A stretch of DNA of 64,000 bases. Origin: Eubacteriales bacterium. Its GTDB lineage: Bacteria; Bacillota; Clostridia; Oscillospirales; CAG-272. The notes beneath the pieces are model-generated. The model searched no databases and had not been told where the DNA came from. It saw nothing but the letters and a program-made list of their open reading frames with translations. Location of the stretch: assembly GCA_045611965.1 (NCBI GenBank), contig JAZKYE010000012.1, positions 1,512 to 65,511 on the forward strand, in the 5' to 3' direction. The translations under genes were made by a program, and so were the position numbers. Below, piece after piece: positions 8,296-18,213 of the stretch. Positions within the stretch are counted from its first letter, which is position 1. Every line of letters starts with the position of its first letter.

Positions 8296-10695
8296 TTAAA
8301 CCAGCGTTTCGCGCTTTATTACCTTAAATATAAGCCCATCTGACTGTGTAAAGTCCACCGAGATTTCCTTAACTCTATCCTCGCTGTTTATTATGAGGTC
8401 GGAAATTTTGTTTTCAATTTCACCCGTTATTATTCTTGTGATAGGTCGTGCGCCAAGCTTTTTCTGCTCGGTGCTTTTAGCGATATACTCGCAAACCGCG
8501 TCGGAAACCGCGAGCTTTATTCCAATGTCTATAAGCCGCTTTGTGAGCTTATCTATCTTGTTTTTTGCGATTTTGGCAAAATCCTCGCGCGAAAGGGGGG
8601 CAAAGGGGATTATTTCGTCTATTCGGTTTATAAATTCGGTGGGGAAATGCTTTCTCAGCTCGCTGATAATCCCATCGTCCAAAGCGCCGTCGCGTACAAA
8701 GCCGCTCACCCTGCCGCGGTTAATGCCTTCAGCACCGATGTTTGACGTCATAATGATAAATGCGTTGCGGAAGCTCACGCGCCTCGACTGCGAGTCAGTG
8801 AGCGTGCCGTCATCCATTACCTGAAGCAAAAGATTTATAACCTCACCCGATGCCTTTTCGATTTCGTCAAACAGAACGACAGAATAGGGGTGTCGCCGTA
8901 TCCTCTCGGTCAGAGCGCCGCCTTCCTCATATCCGAGATAACCGGGGGGCGAGCCGATGAGCTTTGACACCGAATGCCCCTCGCCAAACTCTGACATATC
9001 AAAGCGGATAAGGGCGCTCTCTGATGAAAACAGTTCCTTCGCAAGCGCCTTTGCGAGGGCGGTCTTTCCCACACCGCTTTTGCCGAGAAAGAGGAAAATT
9101 CCTCGCGGACGGTTAGGGTCGTTAATGCCGAGCTTGCCGCGTATCACCGCAGAGCACAGCTCTCTTGTTGCGTGGCTCTGACCGACGATTTCAAGAGAGA
9201 GATTGCTGTAAAGCTCTTTGTAGGTGTCGTTTGTACCAATACCGTTTTCGGGTATTCCTGTAATTTCGGATATTATCTCAACTATATCCTTATCGTATAT
9301 AACACTCGTATGAGAGCCCAACGAATTATCTCTTTTCTTAAGCCCCGACCTTATTCTTTCGGCAAGCTCAAAGTTTCGTTCACGTGTTCCGGCGGCACTG
9401 ACTTTTCCATTCTGCCCTAAAATATCATCAGAGAAATCGAAATATGTCTTGTTTTCGCTCTCTTGGACGGTCGTACCCGCATCCAATTTAACATTAGCCT
9501 TTGCACACGCCTCATCAATAAGGTCGATAGCCTTATCGGGCAAGCGTCTATCCTGAAGATATCTTACCGATAGACGTATGGCGGCTTCAAGCGCCGTGTC
9601 GTCTATTCTTACGCTGTGATGCTTTTCGTACTTCGGTCTTAAGCATTTTAGAATATTGAGAGTGACGCTCTCGGACGCTTCATCTATAATTAGCGGTTGA
9701 AATCTTCTTTCAAGAGCCGGGTCCCTTTCGATATATTTTCTGTACTCGGAAAGAGTGGTTGCGCCTATGAGCTGTATCATACCGCGCGAAAGCTCGGGCT
9801 TCAGTATGTTTGCCGCATCAATAGCACCCTCTGCCGCGCCTGCGCCAACGATGTTGTGTATTTCGTCTATAAATAAAATCACAAGCTCGTTTTTTGACGC
9901 CTCGTTTATGATTGACTTTATTCGTTCCTCAAAATCGCCTCGGTATTTCGCGCCTGCAACCATTGAGGTAAGGTCGAGAGAGAAAACAGTCTTGTTTTTA
10001 AGAATTTCAGGCACCTTGCCCGATACAATACGGTGTGCAAGTCCCTCTACTATCGCGGTTTTTCCAACGCCCGCCTCACCGATGAGACAGGGATTATTCT
10101 TTGTTCTGCGTGTAAGTATTCGGATAAGCCGCTCGGTTTCGCTATCTCTTCCCACGACGGGGTCGATTTTTCCTGATAAAGCAAGTGAATTCAAATTTTT
10201 TGCGTACTGATTTAAGAACTGAAGCGATGCGTTTTTCTTTGATATATCGGCATTTTTCTCGGTTGTCCTCAAAAAAGTAACGACCTCGTCCTTCAGCGCA
10301 AAGGTATCAATGCCCATATATTCAAGCAGCTTCAGCGCAACCGATTCCTTTTCATCAAGAACTGCAAGCAGTATATGCTCTGTACCGATTTTATCAGAGG
10401 AATACTTAATCGAGGCGCGATAGGCTCCCTCAACAATTCTTCGGCATTTCGGTGTCATATCCTTTGCTGTAAGCGAGGTTTTCTTGCCGACACCCGAATA
10501 TTCCTTGACCGCGCTTAACACTCTGTCCTTGGATATTTTTGCTTTGGTCAGTATTGCGTAAGAGCAACAAAGGCTATCCTCGGTAAGAGAAATTAGGATA
10601 TGCTCGCTTCCTATATACGCGTGACCGAGGCTTTGCGCTATTTTTACCGCTCTGTTAAGCGCTGATTCAGCCTTGTCGGTAAATTTACTTCCCAT
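8296..10695 (-). CDS. clpC: ATP-dependent Clp protease ATP-binding subunit, ClpC-like (two AAA+ modules)
   Basis: ATG at 10695 lies 6 nt after CGGAGGTA. Double Clp-N repeat, Walker A GEAGVGKTAIVEGLA and GKSGVGKTALAKALA, and an SGF loop in D2. Confidence 0.9.
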   Translation of the reverse strand: MGSKFTDKAESALNRAVKIAQSLGHAYIGSEHILISLTEDSLCCSYAILTKAKISKDRVLSAVKEYSGVGKKTSLTAKDMTPKCRRIVEGAYRASIKYSSDKIGTEHILLAVLDEKESVALKLLEYMGIDTFALKDEVVTFLRTTEKNADISKKNASLQFLNQYAKNLNSLALSGKIDPVVGRDSETERLIRILTRRTKNNPCLIGEAGVGKTAIVEGLAHRIVSGKVPEILKNKTVFSLDLTSMVAGAKYRGDFEERIKSIINEASKNELVILFIDEIHNIVGAGAAEGAIDAANILKPELSRGMIQLIGATTLSEYRKYIERDPALERRFQPLIIDEASESVTLNILKCLRPKYEKHHSVRIDDTALEAAIRLSVRYLQDRRLPDKAIDLIDEACAKANVKLDAGTTVQESENKTYFDFSDDILGQNGKVSAAGTRERNFELAERIRSGLKKRDNSLGSHTSVIYDKDIVEIISEITGIPENGIGTNDTYKELYSNLSLEIVGQSHATRELCSAVIRGKLGINDPNRPRGIFLFLGKSGVGKTALAKALAKELFSSESALIRFDMSEFGEGHSVSKLIGSPPGYLGYEEGGALTERIRRHPYSVVLFDEIEKASGEVINLLLQVMDDGTLTDSQSRRVSFRNAFIIMTSNIGAEGINRGRVSGFVRDGALDDGIISELRKHFPTEFINRIDEIIPFAPLSREDFAKIAKNKIDKLTKRLIDIGIKLAVSDAVCEYIAKSTEQKKLGARPITRIITGEIENKISDLIINSEDRVKEISVDFTQSDGLIFKVIKRETLV

Positions 10696-10740
10696 AAAGG
10701 ATACCTCCGAAATATCGTTTACCTTGCAGATTATAGCCAA

Positions 10741-11274
10741 CTACCTTCTATTTAAATCGCCTAGAGGAAATTTCTCTCTTTCTGATATTTCATCGGCAAT
10801 TCTTTTTGCTATCACGTAAGTAACGATACCGTCTGGTAAAATTCTGAAAACGTCCTGCATATATTTCACCGCGCTGTCCGTGCCCCTGCCAAAATAAGGC
10901 CGTATATCCGCCTCGGGCATATCCTTATAAAACCGCCTTAATGAGAGAAGGTCGGTGTTAAGGCGCTTTACCGCTTCGCCCGACGAGCCGAGCGACAGAG
11001 GATAGCTCTCGGGGCTTACCGTTGATAAATAAGCGTTTTTTTCGTCTATTAATCTTCTCATTTCCATAAAAAGAGAATTAAAGGTTTCGATATCGCCGAC
11101 GCCGCTTGTCAAGAGACCTCGCCCCCTTTGATATGCAAGCACGGCAAGGCGCGTTTCGTCTGTGAATATGCCGTCAATCGCGGTTGTCGGTAAAGTATGG
11201 TCTGCTTGGGAAACGATGAGAAGCATACGCTGAAGCTCTCGTACTGCCGACGGCTTATCTTCTATAAAATACAT
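10741..11274 (-). CDS. cytoplasmic-looking protein with two peptidoglycan-binding-like (PG_binding_1-type) repeats
   Basis: ATG at 11274 lies 5 nt after GGAGG. Two ~60-aa repeats with the L..L......DG.F...T..A...FQ pattern. No signal peptide. Confidence 0.55.
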   Translation of the reverse strand: MYFIEDKPSAVRELQRMLLIVSQADHTLPTTAIDGIFTDETRLAVLAYQRGRGLLTSGVGDIETFNSLFMEMRRLIDEKNAYLSTVSPESYPLSLGSSGEAVKRLNTDLLSLRRFYKDMPEADIRPYFGRGTDSAVKYMQDVFRILPDGIVTYVIAKRIADEISEREKFPLGDLNRR

Positions 11275-11275
11275 A

Positions 11276-12676
11276 TCACCCTCCAATATTATAACCGGGA
11301 AACTGTCCTGAGTTTACCATTCTGCCGTAGTAAAGGTCATCGTAAACGTCGGTGATTTCGTTCCACAGCTCAGCACCAACAAGCTCGTCGCGCCCCTCAA
11401 TGCCAAATCTATCTCTGAATGCTCCAATCTGCCTGACCGTCTGCGCGCCGAACACACCGTCTGCCTCTACCGTAGGTATTTCGGGATAGTACGACGCAAT
11501 GAAGTTAAGGTATTCCTGAAGCGCGCGCACGTCCTCACCCTCTGTACCTTCGGTTATAATTCTTCCGCCAAAGGGAAGCGTGCTGCCCTCGGTAAAGGTG
11601 TAATCAATTGCTTCGAGCGTATTGTAATAGGTATTCTGAATTTGTGTCCAAACCGCTCTGTCAACTATTCCCGTCGGGGTAAGACCGTAGGTGGATTGAA
11701 AGGATTCGACCGACGCGCGTGTCTGCTGGCCGAAAATTCTGTCGGGGATTACATTTTGCACAGTAGGCACGTAGAGCGAGATGAATTCAAGATAATACTG
11801 AAGCACAAGCACACCGTCAGATATATCGCCAAGCTTTAGCTCGCCGGGGTAATTTTGTGCAAGCTCGCCTACCCGAAGCCCCTCGGAATTTACCTCTGCA
11901 AGTCGCTTTACGGCATTATATATAAACTGGATTTTATACCATGTGGCTCTGCCTACGATACCGTCGTCTGTAAGCGAGAAAACTCGCTGAAATTCCTTGA
12001 CCGCCTCGGTGGTGTCGGTTGAAAAAAAGCCGTCGGGGCTAGCGATTTTAGGTATAGCGGGGTAGTTTGTAGATATTCGGTTCAGCTTTAGCTGAAAGGA
12101 TTCAACGTCGCGCCCCGTATCACCCTCTCGCAAGGGCACGGGCGGCGCAGATCCTCTCACCCCTGCAACGGGCGCGTCTGTCACAAGCTCAATATCGTTT
12201 CCGAAATAATATTTAAGTATTTCAATTGCGTCAAGGCCGTCGTTGGCGAGCGAAACCGAGCCCCATTGGGAAAGCCCTTGACAGTTAACCTCGACACCGT
12301 CGCAAAACGTTGCGAAAAGCGGCTCTATGAAGCCCTGCCGCTTTAAGTAAGAATTAAACACCTCGTCAACCGTTCTGTCAACGGTATCGAATATATCGCG
12401 CTGATATACGAAGCTCTGGTCGTAGGCGGTTGATGAGGTTATATCAAAGTCCTTGCCCTGCGCGCGGTAGTATTCGGTATAAACGCGGTTTAAGGCAACC
12501 GAAATCTGTGCGAGAATATTTGCGCGCAGCGCCTCCGCCGGCCAAGAGGGGAAAATTTCTGACGATGCTACGTTTTTTATATAATCAACAAAGGGAACTG
12601 TTACGTTCTCTGCTATTTCGTCGGGCGCACCGAGATGCACGACGATGCTTTCGGGTATAAACGGTGTATCTGGCAT
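11276..12676 (-). CDS. SleC-like protein: conserved N-terminal domain plus three PG_binding_1-type repeats
   Basis: 466 aa. N-terminus IPESIVVHLGAPDE...YIKNVASSEIFPSWP...ALRANILAQ resembles, from memory, the clostridial spore cortex-lytic enzyme family. Three repeats end in GIVGRATW, GIVDRAVW and LVGAELW. No signal peptide. Confidence 0.55.
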   Translation of the reverse strand: MPDTPFIPESIVVHLGAPDEIAENVTVPFVDYIKNVASSEIFPSWPAEALRANILAQISVALNRVYTEYYRAQGKDFDITSSTAYDQSFVYQRDIFDTVDRTVDEVFNSYLKRQGFIEPLFATFCDGVEVNCQGLSQWGSVSLANDGLDAIEILKYYFGNDIELVTDAPVAGVRGSAPPVPLREGDTGRDVESFQLKLNRISTNYPAIPKIASPDGFFSTDTTEAVKEFQRVFSLTDDGIVGRATWYKIQFIYNAVKRLAEVNSEGLRVGELAQNYPGELKLGDISDGVLVLQYYLEFISLYVPTVQNVIPDRIFGQQTRASVESFQSTYGLTPTGIVDRAVWTQIQNTYYNTLEAIDYTFTEGSTLPFGGRIITEGTEGEDVRALQEYLNFIASYYPEIPTVEADGVFGAQTVRQIGAFRDRFGIEGRDELVGAELWNEITDVYDDLYYGRMVNSGQFPGYNIGG

Positions 12677-12677
12677 A

Positions 12678-13103
12678 TCATAAATCCTCGTTTTCGTAGC
12701 CTACTGAAAAATTGCTTGACGAAGGCGGTGTTACTGAACTCGTAAGTCCTGCGTTTGGTGTCATTGATACGGGTAGCAGTGATTTTATACCCGAAAAAAC
12801 GGCAACGCCAAAAATCTTCTTTGAATAAAAGCCCGATTTGCTGATGCTCACGTCAAAGGTTGAGTAGGGCATCTCGGATGCCGAGGGTGACAGTGAGAGT
12901 GTGCGGTCGGGCGCAGGCAGGCTTACCGTTTCGGTAAGGCCGCTTCTTCCCGTAATCAGAGAAAGCTCGGTGTCAAGGTAGTAGTTATCGTTTCCGCTTA
13001 TTCTGACGTGTGCGCCCTCGACGGGCTCTGCGCCATCTGCCACGAAGGCTCGTATCTGAAGGTATCCCACCTCGCTACTTGTGTTATCGTTAATATAAAT
13101 CAC
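12678..13103 (-). CDS. carboxypeptidase-regulatory-like (transthyretin-fold) domain protein
   Basis: 141 aa. LQIRAFVADGAEPVEGAHVRISG...SGLTETVSLPAP is the beta-sandwich pattern of this domain. GTG start lacks a clear SD. Stop lies 1 nt before the next ATG. Confidence 0.5.
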   Translation of the reverse strand: MIYINDNTSSEVGYLQIRAFVADGAEPVEGAHVRISGNDNYYLDTELSLITGRSGLTETVSLPAPDRTLSLSPSASEMPYSTFDVSISKSGFYSKKIFGVAVFSGIKSLLPVSMTPNAGLTSSVTPPSSSNFSVGYENEDL

Positions 13104-13195
13104 CTCGTTTGTTGTGTAATTTTTATAAAGTTTAATAAAAAAATATTTTAGTTTAAATCAATATGCGACATTTCTCTACAAATGCGTTTTTCTTC

Positions 13196-13224
13196 TTGAC
13201 TTTAAAGATTTATTAATATATAAT
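13196..13224 (+). promoter_or_regulatory. sigma-A type promoter for prs
   Basis: TTGACT-17 nt-TATAAT. Leaves a leader of about 90 nt. Confidence 0.55.
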
Positions 13225-13316
13225 AATTATATCGGGCCTCGGACGCACGCTTCCTCACGGTAGGATATGCCGTCTGATGTCTTTTGTGACTAAAATTAAA
13301 CAACAGGAGAGAGAGC

Positions 13317-14459
13317 ATGAAGGAAAGTTTGTACGGAGAGCTGAGCGTCATCGGGATGAGAGGCTGTGAGGAATTCACAGAGCAGGTTGATTCTTATCTT
13401 AAGGATTGGAGAAGACACGATCAGGAGGGCTCTTTCCTCGTTGACTGCACATGCCCCAGATTCGGAAGCGGTGAGGGCAAGGGCGCGCTTCATCAGTCGC
13501 TTCGCGGAAACGACGTTTATATCATCAGTGACGTTTTCAACCACGGTGTTACCTACAATATGTACGGCAAGACCGTTCCTATGTCGCCTGACGATCATTT
13601 TCAGGATATCAAGCGCGTTGTCGGCGCTATCGGCGGAAAGGCAAGACGTATCAGCGTAATTATGCCTATGCTTTACGAGGGCAGACAGCACAAGAGAGCG
13701 AGCAGAGAGTCACTTGACTGCGCTATCGCACTTCAGGAGCTTGTTAATATGGGTATTACGAACATCATCACCTTTGATGCTCACGACCCCAGAGTACAGA
13801 ATGCTATTCCTCTTAGCGGATTTGAGAACGTAAGAACCTCTTATCAGATGATCAAGGCGCTTCTCAACACCTATCCTGATATTGAAATTGATCCTGATAA
13901 CCTTATGATTATCTCACCCGACGAGGGCGGTATGGCAAAGTGCATGTACTATTCCTCTGTTATGGGCATCGACCTCGGTACCTTCTACAAGCGCCGCGAT
14001 TACTCTGTAATCATCAACGGTAAGAACCCCATCGTTGCTCACGAGTACCTCGGCCGCGACGTTACCGGCAAGGACGTTATCGTTGTTGACGATATGATTT
14101 CCTCGGGTGATTCCATTATTGACGTTGCAAAGCAGCTTAAGGACAAGGGCGCTAACAGAATATTCGTATTCGCTACCTTCGGTCTTTTCTGCAACGGACT
14201 TGAAAACCTCGATAAGGCTTACGAGGAAGGCTGTTTCACCAAGATTTTCACCACCAACCTCGTTTACAGAATGCCCGAGCTTCTTGAGCGCGAATGGTAT
14301 GCCGAGGTTAATATGTGCAAGTACGTGGCTTACATCATCGACACGCTCAACCACGACCGCACCATCAGCCAGCTTCTTGACCAGTCAAAGAAAATTCACA
14401 CCAAGCTTGAGGCATACAACGGCCGCAAGGCAAAGTGCGCTAAAACCAAGAAGAAGTAA
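13317..14459 (+). CDS. prs: ribose-phosphate diphosphokinase (PRPP synthetase) family, long form
   Basis: 380 aa. PRPP-binding loop VVDDMISSGDSI and the FDAHDPRVQN region. SD AGGAGAGAGAG. Confidence 0.8.
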   Translation: MKESLYGELSVIGMRGCEEFTEQVDSYLKDWRRHDQEGSFLVDCTCPRFGSGEGKGALHQSLRGNDVYIISDVFNHGVTYNMYGKTVPMSPDDHFQDIKRVVGAIGGKARRISVIMPMLYEGRQHKRASRESLDCAIALQELVNMGITNIITFDAHDPRVQNAIPLSGFENVRTSYQMIKALLNTYPDIEIDPDNLMIISPDEGGMAKCMYYSSVMGIDLGTFYKRRDYSVIINGKNPIVAHEYLGRDVTGKDVIVVDDMISSGDSIIDVAKQLKDKGANRIFVFATFGLFCNGLENLDKAYEEGCFTKIFTTNLVYRMPELLEREWYAEVNMCKYVAYIIDTLNHDRTISQLLDQSKKIHTKLEAYNGRKAKCAKTKKK

Positions 14460-14481
14460 TTTTTCATTAAGTTAGTTCCTT

Positions 14482-14512
14482 CCGCCCTGATAAGCTTCAG
14501 GGCGGATAATTT
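14482..14512 (+). terminator. hairpin terminator after prs
   Basis: CCGCCCTGA-N6-TCAGGGCGG with a weak T-tract. Confidence 0.5.
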
Positions 14513-14536
14513 AAAATATGAAAGGGGAGGGATTTT

Positions 14537-14953
14537 GTGAGAATTACACTTGAGAGCGACTATGCGCTTCGCATTGTGAGCGAGCTTGCCAAAAACAGCG
14601 GCGTCATTGACGCGCAGACGCTTTCGTCGGCAACCTCTGTTACCCCTCGCTTTACCTTAAAGATATTAAGCAAGCTTGTCGGCGGCGGCATCGTATCCTC
14701 GTTTAAGGGGGCGAAGGGCGGCTATATGCTTAAAGAGCCACCCGAAAAAATCACCTTAAAGCGCGTAATCGAGCTTATAGACGGACCTATTGCTATCGTC
14801 CGTTGTCTCGATATGCACGAGCGTTGCACCTTAAACAGCGACAAGACTGCGTGCATATATCACCATATATTTGATAAAATAAGCTTTGATTTATCCGCAA
14901 AGCTTGATTCTATCACGATAGACGATGTACTTAACAAGAGGTACAAGGTTTAA
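14537..14953 (+). CDS. Rrf2 family transcriptional regulator
   Basis: GTG start after GGGGAGGG. MRITLESDYALRIV N-terminus and winged HTH. Cys residues at CLDMHERC...C suggest a Fe-S-type Rrf2. Confidence 0.85.
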   Translation: MRITLESDYALRIVSELAKNSGVIDAQTLSSATSVTPRFTLKILSKLVGGGIVSSFKGAKGGYMLKEPPEKITLKRVIELIDGPIAIVRCLDMHERCTLNSDKTACIYHHIFDKISFDLSAKLDSITIDDVLNKRYKV

Positions 14954-14979
14954 GGATTTTAGTATTAAAGGAGTATGAG

Positions 14980-15858
14980 ATGCTCAGAATTTCAAAAATC
15001 GCATTCCCGGGTCTTGGCATCGGCGAGTTTGAGGTAAACAGCGTTGCGATGTCACCCTTTGGGCTTGATATTGCCTGGTATGCGCTGATTATTACGCTCG
15101 GAATGATAGTATGCGTCGTTTTTGCATCGGTAAGAGCCACGAAAATTGGTGTTGACTACGAGCATATACTTGATATGGCGCTCTTTACTATAACCTCGGG
15201 TATTATTGGCGCGAGGCTTTACTACGTTGCGGTTGAATATAAGCGCTTTGAGTCTATAGGCGAAATGTTCGATATACGCGGCGGCGGACTTGCTATTTAC
15301 GGCGGTATTATCGGCGGCGCGCTTGCGGTGTATTTCGTATGTAAGTTCAAAAAGCTTCGCTTTAACGTTATAGCGGACATCGTTTATCCTGGCGTTATGC
15401 TCGCGCAGGCGATAGGACGCTGGGGCAACTTTATGAACGGTGAGGCATACGGTGTTGAGACCACGCTTCCGTGGGGTATGACAGTAAACGGCACGGTAAT
15501 GCACCATCCGACCTTCCTTTACGAGTCGCTTTGGAATATTATAGGATTTGTCGTTCTCGCTTTCGTTCTTTATAAGCGCAAGCAGTACGACGGACAGATT
15601 TACTATCTCGGTGCGGCATATTACGGTCTTGGAAGATTTATGATAGAGGGACTTCGTACAGACAGTATGTTTATCGGTGAGGTAAGAACAAACCAGTTTC
15701 TTGCCGCGACGGCATTTGTCGTATATACGGGACTTCTTATTTATAATTTCATTAAGAAAACCAACACCAAAGAGGCCGCTTGGATAGTAGAGCCTAAGAG
15801 CACGAAGAAAAAGGCCGAAAAAACAAATAAAAACAACGACGGAGATGTAGCAGTATGA
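14980..15858 (+). CDS. lgt: prolipoprotein diacylglyceryl transferase
   Basis: 292 aa, multi-TM, with the signature GRWGNFMNGEAYG. Confidence 0.9.
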   Translation: MLRISKIAFPGLGIGEFEVNSVAMSPFGLDIAWYALIITLGMIVCVVFASVRATKIGVDYEHILDMALFTITSGIIGARLYYVAVEYKRFESIGEMFDIRGGGLAIYGGIIGGALAVYFVCKFKKLRFNVIADIVYPGVMLAQAIGRWGNFMNGEAYGVETTLPWGMTVNGTVMHHPTFLYESLWNIIGFVVLAFVLYKRKQYDGQIYYLGAAYYGLGRFMIEGLRTDSMFIGEVRTNQFLAATAFVVYTGLLIYNFIKKTNTKEAAWIVEPKSTKKKAEKTNKNNDGDVAV

Positions 15859-16706
15859 CACTTATAGACGGTAAGATAGTCAGTGCAAGCGTGCGCGACG
15901 GTATAAAGGCGGAAATAAAGGCACTTACAGAAGCCACGGGAAAGACACCCGGACTTGCGGTTATTCTGGTCGGTGAGGACCCTGCATCCTGCGTATACGT
16001 GCGTAATAAAGCACGTGCGTGCGAAGAGCTTGGAATTTACTCTGAGGTTTACAGGCTTCCTGCCGAAACGGGCGAGGATGAGCTTCTTTCGCTTATTGAT
16101 AAGCTTAATAATGACAGTAAGATACACGGAATTCTTTGCCAGCTTCCGCTGCCGAAGCATATTTCCGAGGAAAAGGTTATTCTTAAAATATCCCCAAGCA
16201 AGGACGTTGACGCGTTCCATCCCGAGAATGTGGGTCATATAATGGAAGGAAAGTACAGCTTTCTTCCTTGCACACCCGCAGGCGTTATGGAGCTTCTTAA
16301 ATTCTATGATATTTCTGTTTCGGGCAAGGAATGTGTGGTTATCGGCAGAAGCAACATCGTCGGCAAGCCTATGGCTATGCTTCTTCTCAACGATAGCGCG
16401 ACTATTACGGTCTGCCATTCGAGAACGAAAAATCTTCCCGACGTTGTAAGACGCGCTGATATCGTTGTCGTTGCAGTAGGCCGCGCAAAGTTCCTAACGG
16501 CTGATATGATAAAGGACGGCGCGGTGGTTATCGACGTTGGAATTAACAGAGGTAACGACGGCAAGCTTTACGGTGATGCCGACTACGATAATATTCTCGA
16601 CAAGGCATCCTTTATAACCCCCGTTCCTGGCGGTGTCGGACCTATGACCATCACTATGCTGATGAAAAATACCCTCACAGCCTTCAAAAAAATTGAAAAA
16701 GTGTAA
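15855..16706 (+). CDS. folD: bifunctional methylenetetrahydrofolate dehydrogenase/cyclohydrolase
   Basis: 283 aa. LAVILVGEDPAS..YV, PLP.H and GRSNIVGKPMAMLL motifs. ATGA overlap with the lgt stop. Confidence 0.92.
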   Translation: MTLIDGKIVSASVRDGIKAEIKALTEATGKTPGLAVILVGEDPASCVYVRNKARACEELGIYSEVYRLPAETGEDELLSLIDKLNNDSKIHGILCQLPLPKHISEEKVILKISPSKDVDAFHPENVGHIMEGKYSFLPCTPAGVMELLKFYDISVSGKECVVIGRSNIVGKPMAMLLLNDSATITVCHSRTKNLPDVVRRADIVVVAVGRAKFLTADMIKDGAVVIDVGINRGNDGKLYGDADYDNILDKASFITPVPGGVGPMTITMLMKNTLTAFKKIEKV

Positions 16707-16725
16707 AAAAGTATAATAAACACTC

Positions 16726-16754
16726 TTGACAAAGTGTAATTTATAAATTATAAT
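16726..16754 (+). promoter_or_regulatory. sigma-A type promoter for rpsU
   Basis: Exact TTGACA-17 nt-TATAAT. Confidence 0.6.
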
Positions 16755-16808
16755 ATATAGGAAATTATGAGAGACGTTTCCTCGCAAGTCGAAGGGAGGG
16801 ATATAAAG

Positions 16809-16985
16809 ATGGCAGAAATCAGAGTTAAAGAAAATGAATCTCTTGATAGCGCGCTTCGTCGTTTTAAAAGACAGTGCGTTAAGTCAGGCGTTCTTTCCGA
16901 GCTTCGCAAGAGAGAGCACTATGAGAAGCCCAGCGTAAAGCGCAAGAAGAAGGCTGAGGCAGCAAGAAAGCGCAAGTATAAGTAA
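16809..16985 (+). CDS. rpsU: 30S ribosomal protein S21
   Basis: ATG at 16809 after [33 protein letters not shown]... is a typical 58-aa S21. Confidence 0.92.
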   Translation: MAEIRVKENESLDSALRRFKRQCVKSGVLSELRKREHYEKPSVKRKKKAEAARKRKYK

Positions 16986-16992
16986 TTGGATA

Positions 16993-17040
16993 AAAACGGC
17001 AAATGCAGAGATTTATTCCTTGCATAAGCCGTTTTTTCTT
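16993..17040 (+). terminator. intrinsic terminator after rpsU
   Basis: AACGGC...GCCGTT stem followed by TTTTTCTTT. Confidence 0.6.
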
Positions 17041-17077
17041 TGAATTTATGAAAATAAATTAAAAAATTTAAAATTCA

Positions 17078-17106
17078 TTGACAAGGGTAAAAATATTTAT
17101 TATAAT
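17078..17106 (+). promoter_or_regulatory. sigma-A type promoter for uxuA and the SDR gene
   Basis: Exact TTGACA-17 nt-TATAAT. Confidence 0.6.
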
Positions 17107-17139
17107 TATTATAATAAAATAAATATAAGAGGTTAAAGT

Positions 17140-18195
17140 ATGAATATGAAGCTTTCATTCAGATGGTACGGCGAGAGCGATCCTATCTCTCTTGAGTACA
17201 TATCTCAGATTCCTGGCATGCGCTCTATCGTTTCCGCGGTTTACGACGTTAAGCCCGGCGGTGTATGGGGTGAGGACAGCCTTGCTAAAATGAAAGAGCA
17301 GTGCGAGAGCCACGGCCTTATTTTCGACGTAGTCGAGTCCATTCCCGTGTGCGAGGACATCAAGCTTGGTCGCGAGGGCGCGGACAAGCTCATCGACGTT
17401 TACTGCGAGAATATCCGCCGCTGCGCTAAATACGGTGTAAAGTGCGTTACCTACAACTTTATGCCCGTGTTCGACTGGACGCGTACCCAGCTTGATAAAA
17501 AAGCGCCTGACGGCTCAACAAGCCTTGTTATGTACTGGGATCAGATGAGAGGTCTTGATCCTCTTAAGGACGATATACATCTTCCCGGCTGGGATTCAAG
17601 CTACACTCAGGACGAGGTAAGAGAGCTTATCAGCGCTTATGCAGAGCTTGGCGAAGAGGGACTTTGGAAGAACCTTGAGGTGTTCTTAAAGAAGGTTATT
17701 CCCGTAGCTGAAGAGTGCGGTGTCAGAATGGCAATTCACCCTGACGATCCGCCATATCCTATCTTCGGTATTCCGAGAATTATCACCTGCGAAGAAAATC
17801 TTGACAGATTTTTGAAGATTGTTGACTCGCCTGCTAACAGCCTTTGCCTTTGCACAGGCTCGCTCGGCTGCGCTAAATCCAACGACGTTGTTAAGATGGT
17901 TGAAAAGTACGCGGCGGCTGACAGAATTGCATTTATGCACATCCGTAACGTAAAGATTATGGATGACGGCTCGTTTGAAGAGCGCGCGCATCTTTCCGAG
18001 TGCGGCTCGCTTGACGTTTACGAGATAGTTCGCGCTCTCGTTAAGAACAACTACTGCGGCTATGTTCGTCCTGACCATGGAAGAATGATCTGGGGTGAAA
18101 CCGGAAAGCCTGGCTACGGTCTTTTCGACAGAGCTCTCGGCGCTACGTATATAAACGGTCTTTTCGAGGCTCTCGAGAAGGAATATTCTAAATAA
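17140..18195 (+). CDS. uxuA: mannonate dehydratase
   Basis: 351 aa. N-terminus MKLSFRWYGESDPISL and overall length are typical of UxuA. Confidence 0.88.
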   Translation: MNMKLSFRWYGESDPISLEYISQIPGMRSIVSAVYDVKPGGVWGEDSLAKMKEQCESHGLIFDVVESIPVCEDIKLGREGADKLIDVYCENIRRCAKYGVKCVTYNFMPVFDWTRTQLDKKAPDGSTSLVMYWDQMRGLDPLKDDIHLPGWDSSYTQDEVRELISAYAELGEEGLWKNLEVFLKKVIPVAEECGVRMAIHPDDPPYPIFGIPRIITCEENLDRFLKIVDSPANSLCLCTGSLGCAKSNDVVKMVEKYAAADRIAFMHIRNVKIMDDGSFEERAHLSECGSLDVYEIVRALVKNNYCGYVRPDHGRMIWGETGKPGYGLFDRALGATYINGLFEALEKEYSK

Positions 18196-18213
18196 TTCAG
18201 GGGGATATGAATA

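Noticed and set aside
13225-13316. Possible riboswitch or attenuator in the ~90-nt prs leader (small stems CGGACG/CGTCTG and TCCT/AGGA).
   Set aside because: It matches none of the conserved cores I know (purine, PRPP/ykkC-type, ZTP, or the PyrR site), and it has no terminator/antiterminator pair.
15052-16418. Long antisense ORFs (269 aa at 15052-15861 and 225 aa at 15741-16418) opposite lgt and folD.
   Set aside because: They fully overlap genes with unmistakable family motifs on the other strand. They have no SD, and their products are Arg/Lys/Cys/Tyr-rich, as expected from reverse-complement reading. They are treated as frame shadows.
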